Below are positions 47,104-56,745 of a DNA stretch of 64,000 nucleotides, one piece after another. The stretch is from NCBI GenBank assembly GCA_043797085.1, contig JAZDQA010000008.1, positions 64,001 through 128,000 of the forward strand, in the 5' to 3' direction. The first letter of the stretch is position 1, and the number at the start of each line of letters is the position of its first letter. The notes under the pieces were generated by a model. It was not told the DNA's origin. It searched no databases and was given only the letters and a program-made list of their open reading frames with translations. The translations under genes and the position numbers were made by a program. Source of the stretch: Pseudomonadota bacterium (GTDB lineage Bacteria > Campylobacterota > Campylobacteria > Campylobacterales > Sulfurimonadaceae).

Positions 47104-48078
47104 ATGACTACAGAGATAGTTCCTATTACGCACGCAACACAAGTTGGTACCCTTTTTGATGAGAATTATGTGTGCGGTATTTTTGATGGTGATGTGATAC
47201 TGCAAAAAGTCTTAGAATATATTGCATACAACAGTTCGGATACGGTTATTATTACACAAAAGTCTTCTGCAGTAGGTATTCTGACACAAAAAGATATCTT
47301 ACGAGCACTTTGTAATTTTGATAATACCGGTCTTCCTGTTAAAGATTTTATGACTTCTCCCCTTCATACTTATGATGCGTCAATGAGTATTTCAGATGTT
47401 TTAGATGCTATTGACGTGACTGATTATAATAAAATTGTTGTCATAAAAGATAAACATATCATGGGTATAATCGATAAGCGTGATCTTCACTCTATATGTT
47501 ATGCTCAGTTGAACCCTTTAATCAAACACGAGTACAACATGATTCATTCATTGATGGATTTAGTCGGTGAGGGTGAGCGTGGATTGCTCAAAATGGCAAC
47601 AACGGATGTACTAACCGGAATCGGAAATCGACGATTGTTTGAAGAAATCATGCAAGCACATCAATCATTAGGTAATAGGTACGATGTGCCATTATTTTTA
47701 CTTTTATTTGATATTGATAATTTCAAAAGTATCAATGATACCTTTGGTCATAATGTAGGGGATTCTGTTCTAAAAGAATTAGTGGTTTTGGTGGAAAAAT
47801 CGATTCGTAAATCGGATATTTTTATTCGTTGGGGCGGGGAAGAATTTGCGATTTTGCTCCGTTATACGGAGCCAATGACGGTTATGAAAATTGCCGATCA
47901 AATTCGTAGTCGGATTGATAAAAATAGTTTTGAAACGATTGTTCACGTAACGTGCAGTTTTGGTTTAACATCGATTTTACCTAATGAAACTCTTGAAAGT
48001 ATATTTGAACGTGCCGATAAGGCACTTTATCGAGCAAAATCAGACGGTAAGAATGTCGTGCGAATGGAACTTCCTTAG
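47104..48078 (+). CDS. CBS-pair GGDEF diguanylate cyclase (paralog of the previous gene)
   Basis: Same architecture; RKSD and RWGGEEF. Confidence 0.88.
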   Translation: MTTEIVPITHATQVGTLFDENYVCGIFDGDVILQKVLEYIAYNSSDTVIITQKSSAVGILTQKDILRALCNFDNTGLPVKDFMTSPLHTYDASMSISDVLDAIDVTDYNKIVVIKDKHIMGIIDKRDLHSICYAQLNPLIKHEYNMIHSLMDLVGEGERGLLKMATTDVLTGIGNRRLFEEIMQAHQSLGNRYDVPLFLLLFDIDNFKSINDTFGHNVGDSVLKELVVLVEKSIRKSDIFIRWGGEEFAILLRYTEPMTVMKIADQIRSRIDKNSFETIVHVTCSFGLTSILPNETLESIFERADKALYRAKSDGKNVVRMELP

Positions 48079-49703
48079 ACGTCTATCCCGTACTGCTTGA
48101 TCTTATACCCGATTTGTCGAGCTGTCATTCCTAGTAATCGTGCCGCTTTGGTCTGAATACCGTGTGAATCTATTAATGCCTGAACAATCGACTCTTTTTC
48201 CAATTCCAAAAGGCTCTTTTTGGTCATTGGTGCACCACTTTCGTGAGTGGGTTGCGGTGCAGGAGTTGTAATGTACACCGGTGGTGCTATCGTTGGTACT
48301 TCCGGCTGCATGTAGAGCTTTTGGTAGTTAAACGGCAATACATGATTGAGCATCTCCGGCTGAAGCTCTCCGTCGGGACAGATGAGAACGATTCGCTCCA
48401 TAGTATTTTGAAGTTCTCTGATATTTCCCGGCCACGGATATTCTAACAATACCTCCATAGCCCCTTTGGTAAAAGACATATTTTTGCGATGTTCTTTCAT
48501 AAAGCGGTGGAGATAGTGCTCAATGAGCAATTTTACGTCCTCATAGCGCTCACGAAGCGGAGGAAGATTGAGAGGGATGACGTTAAGGCGATAAAACAGG
48601 TCTTCTCGAAATTCACCTTTGCGTACCATATCTTCGAGATTACGGTTGGTAGCGGCAACGAGGCGGACGTTGGTTTTGATCGTTTTGTTCCCGCCTACAC
48701 GCTCAAACTCCTGCTCTTGCAAAATACGCAGTAATTTTACTTGGAGAGAGGGGGTAATGTCTCCGATCTCATCGAGAAACAGTGTCCCGCCATCGGCGAG
48801 TTCAAATCGTCCTTTTCTCAGTTCTCTCGCATCAGTAAAGGCTCCCTTCTCATGTCCGAAGAGTTCGGATTCGAGGAGTGTTTCGCTGATAGCAGCACAG
48901 TTGAGTTTGATAAACGGTCCGTTTTGACGACGGCTGAGATTATGAACCGCTGTGGCGATAAGCTCTTTACCCGTACCCGTTTCACCACGTATAAGAATAG
49001 TTGCATCAGTGGGTGCGACGGTATTGATCATCCCAAATACATGTTGCATTTTGGTACTTTTTCCGACAATATTTTCAAATTTGTAATCTTTTTGCATCTC
49101 TTCTTTGTAGTACGTTTTGAGTTCAGTGAGAGACTCTTTTTCTTTGGTAATGGTTTGCTGAACTTTCATCGAGCCTACGAAAAGTGTTCCGACTATGGTG
49201 AGCATTCGGACGATTTCGTCGAAATCCAAAGGGCTTTTTTTCCCGATATTCGCCGAAATAACCCCGATTACTTCTTCGTCTTGGAGTAGGGGAACCGCGA
49301 CGTAGGAGACCATTTGCGTCGAAATATGCCCCATTTTATTGAGATAATTGATGTTGTTATGGATGTTTTCGATCACGATAGGTTCACGGCTTTTCGCCGC
49401 TAATCCCGTAGCTCCTTCACCGAAACGGTAGGTTGCCATTTTCTTTTGATGCGATTCAAGGTCGATGGAAATGAGAAGCTCAAGCTCATCTTTATCCTCT
49501 TTCTTTTTGAAAAGAGCACACCGTTCGACATAGCCATGCTGTTTGAGTTTTCGCATAGATTTTTCGATACTTTCATGAATATCGACAGTACTCGTAAGAA
49601 TGACAGCGATTTCATACAGTAAATTAATCTCTTTGTACGCAAATGTCAGTGCACAGGTCTGACATTCTTCTCTATTAGGGATATTGGGGCTGTAAGTCAT
49701 CAT
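48075..49703 (-). CDS. nifA: Nif-specific sigma54 enhancer-binding activator NifA (GAF-AAA+-HTH)
   Basis: GAF domain, GETGTGKE, ESELFGHEKGAFTDA, WPGNIREL, HTH QTKAARLLGMTARQIGY. Confidence 0.9.
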   Translation of the reverse strand: MMTYSPNIPNREECQTCALTFAYKEINLLYEIAVILTSTVDIHESIEKSMRKLKQHGYVERCALFKKKEDKDELELLISIDLESHQKKMATYRFGEGATGLAAKSREPIVIENIHNNINYLNKMGHISTQMVSYVAVPLLQDEEVIGVISANIGKKSPLDFDEIVRMLTIVGTLFVGSMKVQQTITKEKESLTELKTYYKEEMQKDYKFENIVGKSTKMQHVFGMINTVAPTDATILIRGETGTGKELIATAVHNLSRRQNGPFIKLNCAAISETLLESELFGHEKGAFTDARELRKGRFELADGGTLFLDEIGDITPSLQVKLLRILQEQEFERVGGNKTIKTNVRLVAATNRNLEDMVRKGEFREDLFYRLNVIPLNLPPLRERYEDVKLLIEHYLHRFMKEHRKNMSFTKGAMEVLLEYPWPGNIRELQNTMERIVLICPDGELQPEMLNHVLPFNYQKLYMQPEVPTIAPPVYITTPAPQPTHESGAPMTKKSLLELEKESIVQALIDSHGIQTKAARLLGMTARQIGYKIKQYGIDV

Positions 49704-49793
49704 CTTGTAATCTTTTTTATAAGTTATCCCTAATTGTAGTACAAATTATACGAATTAGCATTCAGCATTATGGATAAAAAATAAGCAGTTAAA

Positions 49794-49809
49794 TAGAACA
49801 TTATTTGCA
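49794..49809 (+). promoter_or_regulatory. Non-canonical sigma54-type promoter for the tpx operon
   Basis: TAGAAC-ATTAT-TTGCA (AG-N10-GC). Confidence 0.7.
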
Positions 49810-49842
49810 TCCTATCCAATAAAATTCCGACAAGGAGAAGAA

Positions 49843-50391
49843 ATGAACATTACTGTCCATGGAGAAACAACATTATTAGAGGGCAAAGAGATGACCATCT
49901 GGCGTGAAGCTCCGGCAGCTCGTGTCACATCGTTAGATGGAACCCAAAACGTCATTGGGATGATTGCCCCGACTGCACAGTTGCTTATTGCTATCCCTTC
50001 GCTTAAAACCGAAGTGTGTTCATTGGGAGCTAAAAAGTTTAATGATCTCGTTAAACAGTTCAAAAAACTCAAAACCGTAATGATTACGACGGATGATATC
50101 GAATTTGTGAACGATTTTGTCACACGTGAGGGGATTGATGCAGCTGACATCGTTATCGATACCAATCGTGATTTTGCTAAACGTTATGGATTACTCATAA
50201 CCGAAGGGAAGTTAAAGGACCGTCTTGCACGTGCTGTATTTGTCATCGATCAGGAAGGTATGATCAGCTATAAAGAAGTCGTTCCTGAAATTACTGATGA
50301 AGTAGATTACGATAAATGCATTGAGGCAGTGGATAAAGCGGCTAACTTCAAGAAAAAAGGGCATGAACACGAAAACTGGATGGGTGTCTAA
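49843..50391 (+). CDS. tpx: Thiol peroxidase (Tpx-type peroxiredoxin)
   Basis: PSLKTEVC (PxxxTxxC), LARAVFVID, EVVPEITDE.DY. Confidence 0.82.
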   Translation: MNITVHGETTLLEGKEMTIWREAPAARVTSLDGTQNVIGMIAPTAQLLIAIPSLKTEVCSLGAKKFNDLVKQFKKLKTVMITTDDIEFVNDFVTREGIDAADIVIDTNRDFAKRYGLLITEGKLKDRLARAVFVIDQEGMISYKEVVPEITDEVDYDKCIEAVDKAANFKKKGHEHENWMGV

Positions 50392-50405
50392 CTAAGGAGC
50401 GTATC

Positions 50406-50840
50406 ATGGTAGAGCAATATTTGATGTGGTTAAATAATCATAATTTTTCAGGTGAAGATTTGGAAGAAAAAGGATTTAATGGTAATACCCCTTTGCTGTT
50501 AGCAGCCTTGGAAGGCAATGCCATGATGGTATCTCGTTTTATTGAAGCAGGTGCCAATTTGTATGCTATTAATGGTGATTTTAACGGGGTATTATTTAAT
50601 GCCTGTTATTCCAATTGTCCTGAAGTTATCCGAATTTTGATTGATGCCGGTGCAGATATTGATGATACCAATGAAGAGGGGACGACAGCACTTATGTATG
50701 CAGCATCCGCGTCACGCGTTGAGTGTGTGAGCATGTTACTGGCATTGGGTGCTAATACGCAATTGCACAATGAAGATGGATTCAGCGCGATCGAACTGAC
50801 GAGCAATCGTGATGTTTTTCGGCAACTTCGTAGTGCGTGA
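50406..50840 (+). CDS. Ankyrin repeat protein
   Basis: GNTPLLLAA, GTTALMYAA repeats. Confidence 0.88.
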   Translation: MVEQYLMWLNNHNFSGEDLEEKGFNGNTPLLLAALEGNAMMVSRFIEAGANLYAINGDFNGVLFNACYSNCPEVIRILIDAGADIDDTNEEGTTALMYAASASRVECVSMLLALGANTQLHNEDGFSAIELTSNRDVFRQLRSA

Positions 50841-52041
50841 ACAAACCCTTCTCACTCCCGAATGGGTAGCGCAAAAGGCGACCTTTTTGGATTGGGATTC
50901 TCAACCCTCACTTTTTAAACACTATCCACATTTTTGTTATCGTACTCCTTTAAGCAATCACCCATCACTTCAATGGTTAATGGAATCGAGATGCATAACG
51001 TCCCAGCAGATGGTTGCCCATAAACCCTATTATCGTCTTAATGTCCCCTCGGCAGGAAATCTACAGCCTATTGAAATCTATGTGCAGATTCGAAACCTCT
51101 CAGGTTTGCTGAGCGGACTGTATCATCTGGATATATTGACCCAAGAACTCGTTTTAATCACTGAGATAGGGGCAGCAGGAATTGAGCCCTACTTAGAACT
51201 GGATCATCGTTTTACTGGCTGCATTGTGATGCTGTCAGTCGTTCCTTTTCGCTCATCATGGAAGTATGGATTGCGAGCTTGGCGGTATCTCTATCTCGAT
51301 CTTGGACATCAAATCGGTGCGCTTTCTTCATCCGTACGACATTTTGGGCTTAATCTGACAAAAATGTTCACACTCGATACAGATGCGCTTAATCGTGTTA
51401 TGGGAATGGGTGAGGATGAACGAATCATGGCGGTCTATGGAGTCGGTGAAAAGTCAACGCGACTCGCAAAACGGCTAGAGGAACCATTGATGAGCGTACA
51501 ACCGACGGATTACACCATGCGTGATACTTTATTAGTAGACACCATTAAAGTAGCGCCTCTCTACAGTGAAATTCCTAACAGTATGAAGATGGATGATTTT
51601 CTGGCTCTTAACAGTACTCGCAGAAGTGCGCGGGGATTTAATGCCCATGCGATGAAGGATACAGATATTTTGGCATTGATGAGTATAAAAGCTCATGTGT
51701 CCCTCGAAGTCATACCAATCCTCTTGCAAGCACACAGTATGCAATTAGGTTTGTATCGAAACGGAGAATGTACCGTGAGTGGAAATTTTAATTCTGAAGT
51801 AGTTCATTTGCTTTTAGATCAGCGTTTTATTTCAGGATCAAATATGGTACTATTAATTTATGCGGTGGATTTTAAGGCGCACTCACATATAGAGGCTGGG
51901 ATTTATGCTCAGGAGATTTATACCGTGTGTGAGTATCATGGAGTCGGATGCAGTGGAATAGGGGCATTTTATGACAATATAGGCTCCCAATGGTCGAACA
52001 ATCCATTGCTGTATGCAGTGGCAATAGGAGGAAAATTATGA
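50809..52041 (+). CDS. SagB/nitroreductase family protein (start may be GTG 50833)
   Basis: PSAGNLQP, SWKY..RAWRY..LDLGH, RRS, SGIGAFYD. Confidence 0.82.
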   Translation: MMFFGNFVVREQTLLTPEWVAQKATFLDWDSQPSLFKHYPHFCYRTPLSNHPSLQWLMESRCITSQQMVAHKPYYRLNVPSAGNLQPIEIYVQIRNLSGLLSGLYHLDILTQELVLITEIGAAGIEPYLELDHRFTGCIVMLSVVPFRSSWKYGLRAWRYLYLDLGHQIGALSSSVRHFGLNLTKMFTLDTDALNRVMGMGEDERIMAVYGVGEKSTRLAKRLEEPLMSVQPTDYTMRDTLLVDTIKVAPLYSEIPNSMKMDDFLALNSTRRSARGFNAHAMKDTDILALMSIKAHVSLEVIPILLQAHSMQLGLYRNGECTVSGNFNSEVVHLLLDQRFISGSNMVLLIYAVDFKAHSHIEAGIYAQEIYTVCEYHGVGCSGIGAFYDNIGSQWSNNPLLYAVAIGGKL

Positions 52042-53126
52042 TTATCGGAGTTCCAAAAGAGATTAAAACCGACGAGTTTCGCGTAGGTATTACCCCATCG
52101 GGTGTGATGGAGTGCATCAAAGCAGGACACAGCGTATTTGTTGAATTCGGTGCAGGTGTAGGGAGCGGATTTACAGATGCTCAGTACAGTGATGCCGGTG
52201 CAGTTATTCTAAATACAGCGGATGATATTTATGCGAGTGCAGATATGATCTTCAAAGTCAAAGAACCGATTGAGGTAGAGTATGCGAGATTAAAAGAGGC
52301 TCAGATACTATTCACCTATCTCCATCTAGCAGCGGATAAGCGCTTAACTGAAGTGTTATGTGAGAAAAAAATCACGGCATTGGCATACGAGACGCTGAAA
52401 GTTGGGCGACGGCTTCCTTTGTTGGAACCGATGAGTGAAATTGCCGGACGGATGGCGACACTGTTTGGAGCAGTTCATCTGGGACGTTACAATGGCGGGA
52501 GCGGACGACTGCTTGGCGGTGCCGTTGGAGTGGAGACAAATCGTGTTGTGGTACTGGGTGCGGGAGTTGCGGGCAAAGCAGCAGCGGATGCAGCGGCCGG
52601 ATTAGGTGCTGAAGTGACCATGTTTGATATTAATATCGAACGCTTAACCTATTTACGTGATGTAATGAGCCCAAGAGTCTCGATGATGTACTCGACACAT
52701 GATAGCATATTAAATAGTATCAAAGATGCTGACTTGGTTATCGGTACAGTATTGCTCCCCGGTGCAAAAGCTCCTAAGCTCATTACCCGAGATATGCTAC
52801 GTATCATGAAAAAAGGGTCAGTTTTAGTCGATGTTTCCATCGATCAGGGGGGATGTTTCGAGACCTCTCATGCTACTGCGCACTCTCATCCGACGTTTGA
52901 AGTGGAGGGAATCGTCCACTACTGCGTCGCCAATATGCCAGGAATGTATCCGCGCACCTCGACGATTGCCCTGACGAATGCGACATTACCGTATGCACTA
53001 AAAATTGCTTCGACACCGTTGGAGAAATTGTTTGAAGATCCTTCTATGAAGGATGCTCTAAACACCTATAATGGTAAAGTAACGAATGAAGCAGTTGCAA
53101 TCGCCCATGGAATGCACTATGAATGA
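52038..53126 (+). CDS. ald: Alanine dehydrogenase
   Basis: IGVPKEIK..EFRV, KVKEP, FTYLHLA, PMSEIAG, DQGGC, VANMPG. Confidence 0.95.
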   Translation: MIIGVPKEIKTDEFRVGITPSGVMECIKAGHSVFVEFGAGVGSGFTDAQYSDAGAVILNTADDIYASADMIFKVKEPIEVEYARLKEAQILFTYLHLAADKRLTEVLCEKKITALAYETLKVGRRLPLLEPMSEIAGRMATLFGAVHLGRYNGGSGRLLGGAVGVETNRVVVLGAGVAGKAAADAAAGLGAEVTMFDINIERLTYLRDVMSPRVSMMYSTHDSILNSIKDADLVIGTVLLPGAKAPKLITRDMLRIMKKGSVLVDVSIDQGGCFETSHATAHSHPTFEVEGIVHYCVANMPGMYPRTSTIALTNATLPYALKIASTPLEKLFEDPSMKDALNTYNGKVTNEAVAIAHGMHYE

Positions 53127-53436
53127 AACCGATAAAGCACACGAAATATTAGCGATTTACCGTTTTTACAAAATGGACGGTAAGTTGTATCACTACGACG
53201 AAGATGATCGCCTCGATGAACTGTTTGATGCAGTTGTACATGCCATCAATGATTGCGGTATGCTCAAACCCCTCTTGCCTAGAGAAGAGTTTGTTGTCCC
53301 TTGTCGGGGGATACTGAACAAAGAGCGTGCATGGTTACAGCGGTTTGAACATCAAGACACAAAAGCTTTTTTTCTGAGTGATATTTATGACTTTTTGAAG
53401 CTGTTTACAGGGCGAACGAAGTTGCGAGTAGGTTAA
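53119..53436 (+). CDS. Hypothetical protein
   Basis: 105-aa ORF overlapping the ald stop. Confidence 0.65.
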   Translation: MNETDKAHEILAIYRFYKMDGKLYHYDEDDRLDELFDAVVHAINDCGMLKPLLPREEFVVPCRGILNKERAWLQRFEHQDTKAFFLSDIYDFLKLFTGRTKLRVG

Positions 53437-53437
53437 C

Positions 53438-53453
53438 TCGAACACATTATGCA
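53438..53453 (+). promoter_or_regulatory. Non-canonical sigma54-type promoter for the flavodiiron gene
   Basis: TCGAAC-ACATT-ATGCA (CG-N10-GC) in a 42-bp intergenic gap. Confidence 0.62.
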
Positions 53454-53478
53454 TTAGAATCTGAAAGACTCTATAAGG

Positions 53479-54714
53479 ATGCTAATGCTCCCCGATATCG
53501 TTGAAATCAGAGACGGTGTCTATTTCACCGGTGCCTTTGACCCTAAAATCCGTACTTTTGACATCATTATGAAAACTGCCAATGGAAGTTCCTATAACAG
53601 TTATGTCGTTCGTGGAAGCGAAGGTGTTGCGGTTATGGATACCGTGAAAAAAGAGTTTTCAGATGATTTTTTTGCTCGACTTGAACGGGTATGCGATTAC
53701 GATGAAATTCGCTACATCGTCCTGCATCATCTTGAGCCTGACCACTCAGGAGCATTAATCGAGCTGATGAAGCGTGCGCCTGAAGCCCAGCTCATTATCT
53801 CAGGACGTGCGGTGATGATGCTTAAGGGAATTATTAAAACGGATATACCTTACGAGATTGCTACAACGGGAAAAATTATTTCACTGGGTGATAAAACTAT
53901 TGAGTTTTTAATGACGCCATTTTTACACTGGCCTGACACGATGAGCAGCTATTTACACGAAGAGAAGCTTCTTTTTAGTGGGGATGTGTTCGGAAGTCAT
54001 TATTATGACGAGCGTCTTTTTGACGATGATGTGGGCGATTTTATGTATGCTTTTCAATACTATTATGACCACATCATGCGCCCTTTTAAACAGCATGTGC
54101 TTAATGCCTTGGAACTGTATCGCAAGTTTGATATAGATATTATCGCACCCTTGCATGGACCCATTTTGCGTACGAATCCGATGAGTTACATCGATAAATA
54201 CGCTTTGTGGAGTTCTCAGTCCAAATTTCGTAAAAATGAACTGGGGATGAAAATGCTCTCGGTGTTTTATATCTCCAGCTATGACAATACGCATAAAATG
54301 GCGGAAAAAGTAACTGAAGGTGCGGATAGTGTTGCAGGAATACGGGCAAGTATGTATGATTTGGCATCATTGGATGAACACAATATGATCACACTGCTCG
54401 AAGAGTCCGATGCCATTATGATCGGTTCTCCTACGATTAATGGGGATGCTGTTAGACCTGCATGGGATTTATTGTCGTGTATGGCGTATTTGGAGAGCAT
54501 CGGTAAAATCGGTGCGACGTTTGGTTCTTATGGATGGACGGGAGAAGCTCCTGAAATGCTGCATGAACGGTTACGCGGGTTGAAATTTCGTGTGCCGTTG
54601 AAACCATTAAAAATCAAGCTGATCCCAACCGAAGAAGAGCTGGAAGGCTGTGTTGTATTTGGACGTGAGATTGCCGAGATTGCGATGGGAAAAATGATTG
54701 AGATAGACCTTTAG
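53479..54714 (+). CDS. fprA: Flavodiiron protein (FprA/NorV-type O2/NO reductase)
   Basis: HLEPDH, LHWPD, SGDVFG, APLHG, flavodoxin domain FGSYGW. Confidence 0.9.
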   Translation: MLMLPDIVEIRDGVYFTGAFDPKIRTFDIIMKTANGSSYNSYVVRGSEGVAVMDTVKKEFSDDFFARLERVCDYDEIRYIVLHHLEPDHSGALIELMKRAPEAQLIISGRAVMMLKGIIKTDIPYEIATTGKIISLGDKTIEFLMTPFLHWPDTMSSYLHEEKLLFSGDVFGSHYYDERLFDDDVGDFMYAFQYYYDHIMRPFKQHVLNALELYRKFDIDIIAPLHGPILRTNPMSYIDKYALWSSQSKFRKNELGMKMLSVFYISSYDNTHKMAEKVTEGADSVAGIRASMYDLASLDEHNMITLLEESDAIMIGSPTINGDAVRPAWDLLSCMAYLESIGKIGATFGSYGWTGEAPEMLHERLRGLKFRVPLKPLKIKLIPTEEELEGCVVFGREIAEIAMGKMIEIDL

Positions 54715-56606
54715 TACTCAATAAACGTGAGTGATAGAACATCATTTTTATAGTTATCTTCTACTTTATATTCACGGTAGCCTTGAGATTGTGCAATACC
54801 TAAAAGATATTTTTTTCCGTCATAAGTGACAAAATGATGTGTTGTATTTTTGGAATTAAACCGTAAGATTTTCTCATCTAATTCCATTTTCTCCATAGGT
54901 TTAGCATTGAGATAGCTTGTGGATAATACAATTCCTTTGCGATCTATAAAACATGAAAAACCGCTTTTTTGTGATGGGAAGCTATCGTTTAATATTGCAT
55001 TAAATTGTGGAGCTGCATCGAAAACAATACCGATTCCCCCTAAAATTTTATTTTTATTTTGAATTGTTGCACTGTAGATATAGGTTGCTTCGTTCTTGTA
55101 AAATGGTGTATTTTCAAATGGACTGACAAAATAGTTTTGTGAAGAAGTATTGTTAAAGATTTTACTGATGTAGTCCCCTGAAACTTTTTTACCGATGAGG
55201 GTTGAATCGTTTGATGAAGCGATAATAGTTGAATGACTATCATAAATAAAGAGGTTCGTATATACGGTATAAAGGGAATTAATATACGCTAGAACGTCAT
55301 GCAGTCGTTGGCTGTCAGGAATGTCTCGTGAGAGTTCTTTTTCAAATATCGGAGTCATCGCCCACCATCGACAGTCATTTGCCCGTTCGTATAGATTTCG
55401 ATCCATAATTTCGATAGCAAGATTTGCGGATGCTTTTGCATCAAAAATAAGTCCATCCATGATGGTGTTTTCAAGATTAGTTACTGTGTCTTTAATCGTG
55501 GAAAGGATGGAAGAGCTGACGGTACGTAAATTATCCAGGACGGGTGTTAGGACATATACCCGTTCTTTGGATGCGATGAGCTCACCATTAATGATAACAT
55601 CACTCAAATCTTCAATCACATCATCCGCTTTTCGTATAATAGATTTAATGTTATCGTCCAAAGTGCTTTTTTGACTGATAGGGTCTTTTATAGGCGGATT
55701 TTGGGTACTTCTTTTGACATTGATATATGCAATACTATTCCAGGATGTGCCGTAGTATCCTTCGTAGCCTTTTGTTTTTGCTGATATAAAAAGATTCCCA
55801 TCATGATATGAAATTTCTGAATTAATCATTCCTTTTCGATACTCTTTTAATATTTGGTTCGATTCATTAGAAGAGGAGCTGATCACCTCTTTACCGTCGG
55901 TAAAAAAGATATGTTCATTCGGATTTAATAGGGATGAAAAAATACGATTCATCTCATCTTCAAAACGAAAACATAAAATTAAAACACCTATTGCTTGATT
56001 ATTATGAGTGATTTTTTGGGCGAATAAGAGTGTTTTATTTTGAGTTGAAAAAAGATCGCTATGGGCATATTGTTCAATGTATCCATCATTTTGTAAAGCA
56101 TTATTTATAATGGGATCGGAACTAGCGGTAATTGAATTCGTTTCATTAATATTGAGTCGAATGTTCCCTTGCGTGTCGGTGATGATTATTTCATTGTAGA
56201 CACTGTATTTCATCGTGTATTCAATCAAACGTTCTTGCAGTGCTTCTGAAGTGTTATTTTCATTTAAAAATTCAATTATGGCTGTATCGGTTGCTAAAAA
56301 GCCGACATCAGCTGTTCGTTCAAAGAGATTTCGGATTAGGATATCGATACTGATCTGGGCTTTAGCGCGGAGCTCTTCGGTATATTTTTTTAAATTTTCA
56401 CGAATCAGGAGCGGGATAAGCTCTGTTTTTAAATCACTAAAGGTCTCGATCGTTTTTTCGGTAAAAGAGAAAAGATTTGCCGCTTTTTCGAGAGCACAAA
56501 TTTTTCCTGTGAGAATAATTTTTTTTAGGAATCGGTTTTGATCATCGAGAAGTTTTACACTGTTTTCAATAAATGGAAAAATTGTTAAAAATTTTGAATA
56601 GTCCAT
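54711..56606 (-). CDS. Soluble tandem Cache-like sensor protein
   Basis: Internal duplication RNLFERTADV..YSVY / RNLYERANDC..YTVY; no TM helix or output domain evident. Confidence 0.65.
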   Translation of the reverse strand: MDYSKFLTIFPFIENSVKLLDDQNRFLKKIILTGKICALEKAANLFSFTEKTIETFSDLKTELIPLLIRENLKKYTEELRAKAQISIDILIRNLFERTADVGFLATDTAIIEFLNENNTSEALQERLIEYTMKYSVYNEIIITDTQGNIRLNINETNSITASSDPIINNALQNDGYIEQYAHSDLFSTQNKTLLFAQKITHNNQAIGVLILCFRFEDEMNRIFSSLLNPNEHIFFTDGKEVISSSSNESNQILKEYRKGMINSEISYHDGNLFISAKTKGYEGYYGTSWNSIAYINVKRSTQNPPIKDPISQKSTLDDNIKSIIRKADDVIEDLSDVIINGELIASKERVYVLTPVLDNLRTVSSSILSTIKDTVTNLENTIMDGLIFDAKASANLAIEIMDRNLYERANDCRWWAMTPIFEKELSRDIPDSQRLHDVLAYINSLYTVYTNLFIYDSHSTIIASSNDSTLIGKKVSGDYISKIFNNTSSQNYFVSPFENTPFYKNEATYIYSATIQNKNKILGGIGIVFDAAPQFNAILNDSFPSQKSGFSCFIDRKGIVLSTSYLNAKPMEKMELDEKILRFNSKNTTHHFVTYDGKKYLLGIAQSQGYREYKVEDNYKNDVLSLTFIEY

Positions 56607-56745
56607 GTTTCTCCATTTTATATATTTTACTAATAATTGTATTGTAAATAGTAATATAGCAGATAATTGGAATTTTTTTATACATGAAATAATTTTATTA
56701 ATGATTATTATTTAATCATCTACTGTTTTAGTTCTTATGGAAGAA

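Noticed and set aside
48832..48849. GAFTDA instead of GAFTGA in NifA
   Set aside because: GAFTDA is, to my recollection, also found in functional Campylobacterota activators such as FlgR, so it does not indicate a defect or novelty.
48741..49289. 182-aa + strand ORF and other short antisense ORFs across the window
   Set aside because: Shadow frames of well-supported genes (here nifA), with no recognisable motifs.
53119..53436. Possible CowN (CO protection of nitrogenase)
   Set aside because: Size and context fit, but I do not see the CowN sequence motifs; left as hypothetical.
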